From a virus: a stretch of 64,000 nt of DNA. How positions within the stretch are numbered: position 1 is the stretch's first letter; every line of letters begins with the position of its first letter. Below, one piece after another: positions 48,294 through 55,946 of this stretch. The translations under genes were made by a program, and so were the position numbers. The notes beneath the pieces are model-generated. The model did no database searches. It saw only the letters and a list, made by a program, of their open reading frames with translations, and was not told the origin of the DNA. The stretch lies in IMG/VR virus record IMGVR_UViG_3300034782_000062, positions 118,771-182,770 of that record; one strand, written 5' to 3'.

Positions 48294-48719
48294 ATGGCTT
48301 TGGAAGACCTGGACTTCGGCTACGTCATCATTCGTCAGATGTACAGGCCGGAGCACAACGCGGCGGCACCCGTCGGTGTCGTCATCTTTGACCGTGACGA
48401 AGAGCGCTGGGCGATTCGCGTCCTCAGGACGGAAGAGTCGATTCCGTTCGGAGTGGTTCCAAACCACGCCTTCATCAGCATCGTCTCGGGTCAGATTCGG
48501 ACCTACGCAGCGGGGCATCGTGTCCCCTATCTGGACGAGGATGTTCCTCCATGGGAGGCAGTCTTCTGGATGCAGCTCGCGAAGCTCTACACCTGTGCGA
48601 TCCGAATCGACTCACCCAAGGCGATGGCTCGTCCCAAAGACGGCGTCAACCTCGACGTCGCGATCGAAAAGCTTTTTCAGTCGGTGGTCGAGCCGGTTGG
48701 AAAAGGCTATGTTCACTAG
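48294..48719 (+). CDS. Hypothetical protein (DUF3037-like)
   Basis: GGGGGA RBS; Y.IIR..Y.PE.....PVGVVI pattern. Confidence 0.6.
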   Translation: MALEDLDFGYVIIRQMYRPEHNAAAPVGVVIFDRDEERWAIRVLRTEESIPFGVVPNHAFISIVSGQIRTYAAGHRVPYLDEDVPPWEAVFWMQLAKLYTCAIRIDSPKAMARPKDGVNLDVAIEKLFQSVVEPVGKGYVH

Positions 48720-48790
48720 GTACCGAGGTCCAACGGTAGGACACCTGGCTGTCGACCAGGAGAAAGCGGGTTCGACTCCCGTCGGTACCG
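48719..48790 (+). tRNA. tRNA-Asp(GTC)
   Basis: CCTGG-ctGTCga-CCAGG. Confidence 0.85.
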
Positions 48791-48793
48791 CAT

Positions 48794-48877
48794 GGAGGGT
48801 GAGCGGCAGTGGTGCCGGCGCGGTTTTGAACACCGATGACCCTTGACGGGGCGCGTTCGACTCGTACACCCTCCGCC
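48794..48877 (+). tRNA. tRNA-Ser(TGA)
   Basis: CGGT-ttTGAac-ACCG; long variable arm; G73. Confidence 0.75.
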
Positions 48878-49039
48878 CTATCCCCCCGGAAGCTTCGGCA
48901 ACCGGGTGCAGGGGACCGAATTTCGGCCCCTAGCTTCATCCCCCACGGCAAGCCGTGGGCCTTGGGCAGCATGTTCCTGTCCTGTCGCTGGTAACGGTGG
49001 CGAAAGTCCCTCCTCTGAGCGCTCATTGGAGGGGCGCCT

Positions 49040-49124
49040 GGAAGCTGAAATGGCCAGGGTGCCATGCCCGCTTGGAAAGCGGTGCGCTCTCAAAAGGGGT
49101 GGGGTTCAAGTCCCTCGGCTTCCG
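49040..49124 (+). tRNA. tRNA-Ser(GGA)
   Basis: CCCGC-ttGGAaa-GCGGT; long variable arm. Confidence 0.75.
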
Positions 49125-49129
49125 CTGTT

Positions 49130-49219
49130 GGAAGGGGAATCGTCCAGGGTTGACGAGCCTGTTTCGAAAACAGTGCGCTCGCTGAAGAGGCGGGTGGGGT
49201 TCAAGTCCTCCTCCTTCCG
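49130..49219 (+). tRNA. tRNA-Ser(CGA)
   Basis: CTGT-ttCGAaa-ACAG; long variable arm. Confidence 0.78.
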
Positions 49220-49220
49220 T

Positions 49221-49307
49221 GGCAGAGAGAAGCGGGTATGGACCCGTCGCCGACTGCTAATCGGATGGTCCTGTAAAAGGGATGGAGTTCGATTCTCCCC
49301 TCTGCCG
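49221..49307 (+). tRNA. tRNA-Ser(GCT)
   Basis: CCGA-ctGCTaa-TCGG; long variable arm. Confidence 0.8.
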
Positions 49308-49356
49308 TAGGGCTCCCAGCTATCCTTCGCAAGGAGGACGCAGGGGTGGCCCGCAT

Positions 49357-49721
49357 GGGCCTGATTTGGTTTCGACAGGTACATGAAGTACGTAGGAGCG
49401 TGCCGGAGATGTCTCCTTGCCCGTCAAAACGGGAGGCAAAAAATCAGTTGTCAACACCGATAACTACCATGAAGCACCGCTCGCGAGGGCGGCGTAAGCT
49501 TCCGTTCCACCTGAGGTGCCGCGACTCGGGATGGGACGTCATTTAGTGGCTGGTCAGCTTTCAAGTCTCCGCTCGCTCGGGGCTGACGAGATAGAGAGTG
49601 GACATCTTCCGGGTACGACCTGCCTTGCTGGTCTACCGGTCGTATTGAAGCAGGGCTACGCACGTAGAGCCTACGAATGGACTGTGCGTGGACGCGGGTT
49701 CGATTCCCGCCAGGTCCACCC
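49357..49721 (+). ncRNA. ssrA: tmRNA; tag frame 49450-49497 encodes (A)VNTDNYHEAPLARAA*
   Basis: 5' GGGCCTGATTTGGTTTCGAC; 3' GCGGGTTCGATTCCCGCCAGGTCCACCA with a G-U pair at position 3; tag ends in AA-stop. Confidence 0.92.
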
Positions 49722-49782
49722 ATGGGTTGGCAGCTTGTGGAAAAAGTGTTCGGGGACGGCACTCAATAATCATCCCCAAACA

Positions 49783-49859
49783 CGGGCTGAGGGCTTGATG
49801 GTAAGCCGCCGCGTTCGGGACGCGGAGTAGTGTGGGTTCGACTCCCACCAGCCCGACCA
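49783..49859 (+). tRNA. tRNA-Pro(CGG)
   Basis: CCGCG-ttCGGga-CGCGG; CCA end. Confidence 0.85.
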
Positions 49860-49860
49860 T

Positions 49861-49935
49861 CGGGGTGTTGCGCAAGTGGTAGCGCGCCAGCTTTGGGAGC
49901 TGGAGGTTGCTGGTTCAAGTCCAGTCACTCCGACC
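49861..49935 (+). tRNA. tRNA-Pro(TGG)
   Basis: CCAGC-ttTGGga-GCTGG. Confidence 0.88.
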
Positions 49936-49941
49936 GATTCG

Positions 49942-50145
49942 ATCCGAATGCCAGAGGGATTACATCAACTAACGGTCCTAAGGTAGCGATGTTGCTTGCT
50001 GTAAAAAGACGCTGGCAGGCACTCAGCGACAGCGGTCACAACGAAAGCGGTGGCTGCGTTCCCAGTGCCGTAACCCTCTTCGGAGGAGCGGTGTACGGAG
50101 GCCGAAACGGGGCGCCGTGTGCTATCTCTTGCCCATTTGTCGGAT
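49942..50145 (+). ncRNA. Y-RNA-like element 1 (carries a 20-nt 23S rRNA match)
   Basis: 5' TCCGAATGC..GGGATTACAT / 3' ATCTCTT..TTTGTCGGA frame. Confidence 0.6.
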
Positions 50146-50174
50146 GGAATCATTTTTTCAAAAGGGGTGTAACT

Positions 50175-50729
50175 GTGTCTTCAGGTTATCGTTCAAAAAG
50201 AGCCCGTGCAGTATGTGCTGCGTTTGCTCGTGGTTATCGGGTTAGCGAGGATGGCGCACTGATTTCTCCTTCTGGGTTTGAGCTGTCGGATTCTTATAAA
50301 AACCAGAAGGGGTACAGGATGTTCAATATGCGCCTCCCGGGGGAGGCTGGAAATACAAGCGTTCCTGTTCATCAGCTCGCCGCCTTCCAAAAGTACGGCG
50401 ACAAAGCCATAGAAGAGGGGGTCGAGGTAAGGCATCTTGACGATAATAAAGAGAATAACTCTCCGAAAAATTTACTCATAGGAACGCGCTCCCAGAATAT
50501 GATGGATCGCTCTGAGGAGGTTCGGAGGCGATGCGCAAGAAAAGCCGCAAGGGCGAGAAGGAGACTAACGAATAAACAAGCTCAGCAGCTCATCGAAGAT
50601 AGAGCCGCCGGGAGCACATATCTGGGATTGGTTGAAAAATATGGCATAGCGAAAAGCACTATATCTTACATAGTTAATGGTCACATGTATCCAGAGTTGG
50701 ATAGGTCGTGTTTAGATATCCCGAAGTAG
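50175..50729 (+). CDS. HNH homing-endonuclease-like protein
   Basis: VHQLAAF..YG...EVRHLDDNKENN...NL..GTRSQN..D; C-terminal HTH-like segment; GTG start. Confidence 0.82.
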   Translation: MSSGYRSKRARAVCAAFARGYRVSEDGALISPSGFELSDSYKNQKGYRMFNMRLPGEAGNTSVPVHQLAAFQKYGDKAIEEGVEVRHLDDNKENNSPKNLLIGTRSQNMMDRSEEVRRRCARKAARARRRLTNKQAQQLIEDRAAGSTYLGLVEKYGIAKSTISYIVNGHMYPELDRSCLDIPK

Positions 50730-50809
50730 ACCACTATGGATGTGGGGTAGGCTGTAAACCTATCGTCGCCGCAAGGGGCCGTGAAAGTTCGATTCTTTCC
50801 TTCGGGACC
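50720..50809 (+). tRNA. tRNA-Tyr(GTA)
   Basis: TAGG-ctGTAaa-CCTA; long variable arm; acceptor CCCGAAG/CTTCGGG. Confidence 0.72.
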
Positions 50810-50956
50810 GGGAGAGTCTTTGTGGAGCCCTTCCACCGGGCCTGGTCGTAAGCCAGGTCGTTATAGGGGCGCCATAGTGCGCCTGGCGTGGAGCCATGGG
50901 AACCCACGAAACGGTGGTGGTAGACAAGGAGGTTCAAATCCTCCGGGCTCCCCCGT

Positions 50957-51055
50957 GCCCAAATGCTTGTGGGATTACATTGCGGCGATTGCAGCTAACG
51001 GGTTCGACTCCCGTTTGATAGCCCCGGTGGGCTTTTCTCGCACCTTTTGTTGGGC
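50957..51055 (+). ncRNA. Y-RNA-like element 2 (with T-arm)
   Basis: GCCCAAATGC..GGGATTACAT...ACGGGTTCGACTCCCGT...TTTGTTGGGC. Confidence 0.6.
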
Positions 51056-51059
51056 ATTT

Positions 51060-51136
51060 GCCACCGATGCCAAAGTGGTCGCGGCGCCAGGTTGTGGACC
51101 TGGTTTTAGGAGGTTCGAGTCCTCCCGGTGGTACCA
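51060..51136 (+). tRNA. tRNA-His(GTG)
   Basis: CCAGG-ttGTGga-CCTGG; CCA end. Confidence 0.8.
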
Positions 51137-51169
51137 ATGTGGTAGTATTCCCCCGTTCGGAGGGAAACC

Positions 51170-51751
51170 TTGGCCATCATTGACAAAAGAACGCCGAAGA
51201 CGGCGAACTCAGGAAATGCTCTTGCACGGTTTTTGTTCAACAAAGGGCTGATAAAGCCTGGTGAGAAGGTTCTCGACTTCGGCTCGGGATCGGGTCGCGT
51301 CGCGGTGCCGCTCTCGAAGCAGTGCACGGTGAAGGTGATCGAGGGCAACGAGGGGTGCCTGGCGAACCTGCTCGACTGTGGCTTCGAGAGGCCAGAGCCT
51401 GGCGAGAAGTTCGACGTCGCCATGGCCTTCTTCGTCTTTCAGCACAACACGCTGGAGAAGGTCAGGGCGATCACCCACTCCTTGTCGTACATGGCCAGGC
51501 GGCTAGTCTTCACCTACCCGACTCATGAGCTGCTCGCGCTTCGGCCGGGCAACAAGCTCAAGTGGGTGCCCGCGGCCGAGCTGAAGGAGCAGCCGATTCC
51601 GGACTGCAATCATCTCAGCGGCGTGCTTCACGAGGCTGAGCTTCCCACCCTGTTCGAGACCTCCGAGTTCGACGTCAGCACCCTTCGCTTTGTCGTGGCG
51701 CAGGCCATGGGCAAAGAACGCGTTCGCGAAATCAAGAGCAAGGTCCCGTAG
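51170..51751 (+). CDS. Class I SAM-dependent methyltransferase
   Basis: VLDFGSGSGR, FDVAMAFFVFQH; TTG start. Confidence 0.78.
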   Translation: MAIIDKRTPKTANSGNALARFLFNKGLIKPGEKVLDFGSGSGRVAVPLSKQCTVKVIEGNEGCLANLLDCGFERPEPGEKFDVAMAFFVFQHNTLEKVRAITHSLSYMARRLVFTYPTHELLALRPGNKLKWVPAAELKEQPIPDCNHLSGVLHEAELPTLFETSEFDVSTLRFVVAQAMGKERVREIKSKVP

Positions 51752-51814
51752 CTCAGGTGGAAGAGCGTTGGATTCCTAATCCAAAGGCCGTGAGTTCGAG
51801 CCTCACCGGGATCG
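51742..51814 (+). tRNA. tRNA-Arg(CCT)
   Basis: TTGGA-ttCCTaa-TCCAA. Confidence 0.88.
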
Positions 51815-51882
51815 CCTCACCAGGGGAAAACCGCGAGCTGGCAGATAAGCGTGTACACCGCTTTCGGTCACTTCCCCGCCAT

Positions 51883-51958
51883 AGGGCAGTAGCTTTAATG
51901 GGAAAGCACCGGATTCCAAATCCGGCGATTGGGGGTTCGAGTCCCTCCTGCCCTGCCA
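51883..51958 (+). tRNA. tRNA-Trp(CCA)
   Basis: CCGGA-ttCCAaa-TCCGG; CCA end. Confidence 0.9.
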
Positions 51959-51959
51959 T

Positions 51960-52035
51960 CCCTCGTGGGTCCGCTGGGTGGACTCCTGACTGTCTATCAG
52001 GGTAGAGGCGAGTTCGATTCTCGCACGGGGGGCCA
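51960..52035 (+). tRNA. tRNA-Asp(GTC), second copy
   Basis: CCTGA-ctGTCta-TCAGG; CCA end. Confidence 0.8.
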
Positions 52036-52041
52036 ACGTTC

Positions 52042-52116
52042 GCTCGGTTCGTCTATCGGTTAGGACACTGGCCTTTCACGCCAGTAAGAGGAGTTCGATT
52101 CTCCTACCGAGCACCA
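52042..52116 (+). tRNA. tRNA-Glu(TTC)
   Basis: CTGGC-ctTTCac-GCCAG; CCA end. Confidence 0.9.
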
Positions 52117-52117
52117 T

Positions 52118-52194
52118 GCCCCGGTGGTCTAGTTGGTTTAGGACACTCGCCTGATAAGCGAGAGGTGGTCGGTTCAAGTCCGACCCGGGGTACC
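52118..52194 (+). tRNA. tRNA-Ile(GAT)
   Basis: CTCGC-ctGATaa-GCGAG. Confidence 0.88.
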
Positions 52195-52204
52195 GGAGGT
52201 TGTC

Positions 52205-52576
52205 ATGAGACGGTACAAACAGATTGGCACCCTGACGTCGTTTACGACTGAGGTCGTGCTGAAAGAGCCCGTCCTGGTGACGGATCTCAAAAAGGCTTTT
52301 CAGGATGCCCAGTGGCTTCAGACCTGGGAGGAAGTCTTCTCCAACGGCGTCATCCGATGCGACTACACCAGCCTGAAATCTGGAAATGTTATTGACGTGG
52401 ACATGGTTCCGTTGGCCGATTCCGAGCTGATCGGGGGCCTGCGGATGCTCGCCCGAGAAGAAGGCGTCCTGGAGACGGTCGATGAAGTCATCGGAGAGAC
52501 GAAGGAGCCGATGAAAGTGCACAAGGCAGAGATTGGCGTGATTCAGCGAAACGATCGCGCTGCCCCGCTAGCATAA
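52205..52576 (+). CDS. Hypothetical protein
   Basis: GGAGG RBS, 123 aa; ends inside tRNA-Ile(TAT). Confidence 0.65.
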   Translation: MRRYKQIGTLTSFTTEVVLKEPVLVTDLKKAFQDAQWLQTWEEVFSNGVIRCDYTSLKSGNVIDVDMVPLADSELIGGLRMLAREEGVLETVDEVIGETKEPMKVHKAEIGVIQRNDRAAPLA

Positions 52577-52634
52577 CGGTGAATGCACCGGTCTTATAAA
52601 CCGGCGATTCCGGGTTCAAATCCCGGGTGGGGCA
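52562..52634 (+). tRNA. tRNA-Ile(TAT)
   Basis: CCGGT-ctTATaa-ACCGG; A73. Confidence 0.8.
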
Positions 52635-52894
52635 CTGAGAGGGAGGAAGTCGTCGCGCGAAGGAGCAGCACCTGGCATTCCTGTAGTGTCAGGCGCCCTC
52701 GCATAGGCCTAGCGAGGAAAAGTCGTTCCATGCATATCGCGTAAAGTGCGGCTCAAACGAAGGAACTTGCTGAACTGATAACTAGGCGTTTGAGACAGGG
52801 ATTCGAGACGCTCCGTGCATGAGTGTCTTGCAGGCGGTTTGCGCAAATCGGCTGCCCTGGGGTACAGGCAGCTCGTCCTCACGACCCTCTCTTT

Positions 52895-52969
52895 GCTCGG
52901 TTAGTTCAGTCGGAAGAACGCCTGCTCGACGCGCAGGAGGCCGTTGGTTCAAATCCAACACCGAGCACC
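52895..52969 (+). tRNA. tRNA-Val(GAC)
   Basis: CCTGC-tcGACgc-GCAGG (C33 atypical). Confidence 0.78.
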
Positions 52970-53113
52970 GACGAAGCTCCAGAAGCATTTCTGGGTCCCA
53001 CCGCCCAAGACTTGCGCGGTTAGAGGAGGCAACAGGTGGAGTTGTCAGTTAGAGTGGCGCCACTTATTTTCTGGCAGCAGCTATCCCTCACGCGCTCTGG
53101 AACTTCGTCGTTT

Positions 53114-53188
53114 GGTCCCGTAGCTCAACTGGAAGAGCGTTGGTATCACACGCCAGAGGCCCCCGGTTCAACTCCGGGCGGGACCACC
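53114..53188 (+). tRNA. tRNA-Val(CAC)
   Basis: TTGGT-atCACac-GCCAG. Confidence 0.75.
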
Positions 53189-53195
53189 CTTTTTT

Positions 53196-53270
53196 GGGTC
53201 CATAGCTCAGTTGGGAGAGCGCCGCGTTCGCAATGCGGAGGCCGAGGGTTCAAGTCCCTCTGGATCCACC
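53196..53270 (+). tRNA. tRNA-Ala(CGC)
   Basis: CCGCG-ttCGCaa-TGCGG; G3:U70. Confidence 0.88.
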
Positions 53271-53345
53271 TGGAAAAGTCGGGAGGCACCACCCTCAAAG
53301 GGAGCCAGTGCCAGGTGAACGGAGAGGGTGCCCGACCCAGAGTTT

Positions 53346-53422
53346 GGGGCCATAGCTCAGTCATGGGAGAGCGCTACACTGGCAGTGTAGAGGTCGAGGG
53401 TTCGATCCCCTCTGGTTCCACC
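53346..53422 (+). tRNA. tRNA-Ala(GGC)
   Basis: CTACA-ctGGCag-TGTAG; G3:U70. Confidence 0.88.
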
Positions 53423-53642
53423 CAAGCCTTGCAACGTCATGATGCGCGCTGTGGGCGTATGGTAAGAGGTCTCGTCACATGCTGACGGGGCGTGGGGCCG
53501 CGACCAGGGCTAGGTCTGGGGAGAGAGAGGGCTCCAATCATCGGGTTAGCCGAGCGCAGGGTTCCCACCACAGGGGCCTGCGTGTGGGAGCTGGGTGGGG
53601 AATCCAGCCATGGCGTCGTTGGGGCTTGGAACCAAGAAGACA

Positions 53643-53921
53643 ATGCATATTTCAGATAGGACAAAAGAGGCACCAGAGATCGACGCGAAGATGCTCTGGT
53701 ATGAGAACTGGTACGACGGTCCAACGGACGGCGTCTGCGAGTTCGAGGGAGAGAAATTCTGGTTTGTGTGGACCGATGGTGATGATGATCACACTCGTAT
53801 CTACGCCGTCACCAGGATTGATCCGGAGGTGTTGGCCGAGATGGTTCGGCGGCACGAGATCTACCGCGACATCTGCGGCCCGCACACTGATTACGGAATC
53901 AAGTGCGAAGGCGGCGGATGA
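53643..53921 (+). CDS. Hypothetical protein, possibly extending through TGA to 54041
   Basis: WYDGP..GVC...G..FWF...HTDY; the frame stays open for 39 codons after the TGA. Confidence 0.6.
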   Translation: MHISDRTKEAPEIDAKMLWYENWYDGPTDGVCEFEGEKFWFVWTDGDDDHTRIYAVTRIDPEVLAEMVRRHEIYRDICGPHTDYGIKCEGGG

Positions 53922-54045
53922 GCCTTCCCGACCGACGAGCAGTTGGCTCGTTTTGAAGAGGTCTCGAAGGATTGGCCGGAACTTGAGCCTCTCCCTGACC
54001 CTGAGAAAGACGGAGAAGTGATCGGAAAAATCAAGTGGTAAAATC

Positions 54046-54118
54046 AGCCCTGTAGCTCAACTGGAGGAGCGCCAGTCTTACAAACTGGAGGTCGTCGGTT
54101 CGACTCCGACCGGGGCTA
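54046..54118 (+). tRNA. tRNA-Val(TAC)
   Basis: CCAGT-ctTACaa-ACTGG. Confidence 0.88.
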
Positions 54119-54128
54119 CTGAGCACAT

Positions 54129-54201
54129 GGGCTCATAGCTCAACTGGGAGAGCACCTGCCTTGCACGCAGGAGGCTGCCGGTTCGATCCCGGCTGGGTCC
54201 A
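54129..54201 (+). tRNA. tRNA-Ala(TGC)
   Basis: CCTGC-ctTGCac-GCAGG; G3:U70. Confidence 0.9.
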
Positions 54202-54293
54202 CAGAAACCGATAGAAGACAGAAGCGCTGTGACGGGGGGAGCACCGGCTCTTCGATGATGGTCGTGCTCGCCACGCGAGGAGCCGCCCCCCGA

Positions 54294-54575
54294 TCAGCCA
54301 AGCTTCTCTTGGAGCTGACTCCTGATCGCAGACTCTACCGCCTGCGAAAAATTGGCGAGAAATCCGCCAAGCGTGAGAGCAACTTCGACGCTGCCGCTGA
54401 GGATTTGGATGTGCCCTTCCACGCCTGGTCCTGAAAGACTAAAAAGCGTTTCGGAGTTCCATTCGCCTACGAGGTTGTAACGCGGACCTAGCTCCTCGTA
54501 GACCTTATTTATGGCGTCGATGGCTTCTGCTCTACCGATACTCATCGGTTGCGAGATTGAAAGAGTCTTTGACAT
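54294..54575 (-). CDS. Polyhydroxyalkanoic-acid-system-like small protein
   Basis: 93 aa; W....F...G.GV.G.I.I....VEV.L.LG..L...VE..IR..L.EKL pattern; only antisense gene in the RNA island. Confidence 0.55.
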   Translation of the reverse strand: MSKTLSISQPMSIGRAEAIDAINKVYEELGPRYNLVGEWNSETLFSLSGPGVEGHIQILSGSVEVALTLGGFLANFSQAVESAIRSQLQEKLG

Positions 54576-54620
54576 ACCGGAATCATAGCACAATGTGCAA
54601 ATGCGTCCCCAGGACGAAAT

Positions 54621-54695
54621 GCTACCGTGGCACAGTTGGAAGCGCACCTCCTTGGTAAGGAGGAGGTCCCCGGTTCGATCCCGGGCGGTAGCTCC
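54621..54695 (+). tRNA. tRNA-Thr(GGT)
   Basis: CCTCC-ttGGTaa-GGAGG. Confidence 0.9.
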
Positions 54696-54717
54696 GCAAA
54701 ACAAAAAGGGGTTTTCA

Positions 54718-55821
54718 ATGGGTAGCACAGACGCAACCTGCGCCTTGTCCAACTTGCCGATCGGCTACAAGGATGAGGTAATGTGGTTGATGCTCGTCAG
54801 GGGAGTCAACGTCACGGAGACGAACTTGGCGGGTCTTCACCATCAACCGTGGGACCTATGGTTCGTGCGGAACCTTCCTGTTCGAGCCACTTACGACACC
54901 TACACGAGGATCGAGGATTGGGAGGAGGGGTTGATCCTCGACACGACGCTTCAGATGCTTCGCGAGGATCTACTCCCCTTCGAGTTCAAGAAGAGTGAAA
55001 GGTTTTCCTACGAGGATTTGCATGGATGTCCAGCCCCATGCGTGGAGAACCTAAAGATGGAGAACCTGGTCCGCTGGCTCCCGGCTGGTGACGTCAGGGT
55101 CGATCGTCGCCATGACGAGCGACAGAGTGCGGCTCGAATGATCGAGTTGGGTCACCTTTCAGACAAAGAGCGCGACGCGTATCGCAAGCGCATGGACCTT
55201 CCTCCCGAGCCGCACTACGTGACCCAGGCCCTTGTTAGACGAGACGTCTGGGAAGCTCTGTGCGAGATGAAGTGGGATAACCAGGTCGGTCGCATGATCG
55301 GACTCGAAGACATGATGAAAGGGGTCGACGAGCTGATCGCCGTGGCCAAACGGATTCGCAGCGTGCCGAAGAGATACCAAGACCTGGAAGTGCACCTGAT
55401 GTACAGCGGCCAGTGTGAGTACGCGAGCTACATCGCGTCGACGGGAGGCTGCTCTCCCTACGGCGTCGCGGTGGCTCACACCATGCGTTGGCTGGTCAGG
55501 CGGTGTGCTGAAGGAAAAATCGAAGCCCTCGAAGACCTCCGTCCCGCCTTAGGGAGAGGTGCTCAGGTCGCGCACATCGAAAGAATGATGCGGTCGCTCA
55601 GGCTCATGTGGCATCCGCAGCTCTACCAGCAGCGTGCCGACTTCGACACCTGTATGGAGTTTCACCTTCGCTGCGCTCGCATCGCGTTCGACGTCGAGTC
55701 TGACAACATCGAGAAGGCGCAGGAAGAGTTCGACCCGGCCGACGAGGACGACCGCGAAGAGATCGAACACCAGCAGAAACGCTATTCCGATCTTCAACGA
55801 TTGCGGCAGTTTGGGCCGTAG
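54718..55821 (+). CDS. Hypothetical protein
   Basis: 367 aa; MGS.DATC.LS.LPI..D.V start. Confidence 0.7.
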   Translation: MGSTDATCALSNLPIGYKDEVMWLMLVRGVNVTETNLAGLHHQPWDLWFVRNLPVRATYDTYTRIEDWEEGLILDTTLQMLREDLLPFEFKKSERFSYEDLHGCPAPCVENLKMENLVRWLPAGDVRVDRRHDERQSAARMIELGHLSDKERDAYRKRMDLPPEPHYVTQALVRRDVWEALCEMKWDNQVGRMIGLEDMMKGVDELIAVAKRIRSVPKRYQDLEVHLMYSGQCEYASYIASTGGCSPYGVAVAHTMRWLVRRCAEGKIEALEDLRPALGRGAQVAHIERMMRSLRLMWHPQLYQQRADFDTCMEFHLRCARIAFDVESDNIEKAQEEFDPADEDDREEIEHQQKRYSDLQRLRQFGP

Positions 55822-55946
55822 TCGAAAAAAATCCGAAAAAATCGCAGAACAACTGTCAGAAAGGGCGCCCTTGGTGCGTCCTGGTAGACAGGTAGGCACA
55901 AACGACCTTCACTTTTTGGCCCGAGAGGGCATGCAAGGAGGCTCCG

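Noticed and set aside
48794-48877. tRNA-Sec or UGA suppressor
   Set aside because: The anticodon reads TGA (Ser, decoding UCA), not TCA; acceptor stem is a normal 7 bp
49967-49989. Vector (I-CeuI site) contamination or an rRNA gene
   Set aside because: Only 20 nt match, two bases of the full site are missing, it sits inside a repeated phage RNA frame, and no other vector or rRNA sequence flanks it
49830-50174. N-terminal extension of the HNH ORF as given in the ORF track
   Set aside because: Overlaps tRNA-Pro and Y-like element 1; the GTG at 50175 after AAAGGGG is more plausible
50865-50955. tRNA-like element with acceptor and T-arm
   Set aside because: No 7-nt anticodon loop or D-arm could be assigned; at most a degenerate mimic
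54576-54752. Longer start for the minus-strand ORF 54294-54752
   Set aside because: Runs antisense through tRNA-Thr(GGT); the ATG at 54575 gives a compact domain
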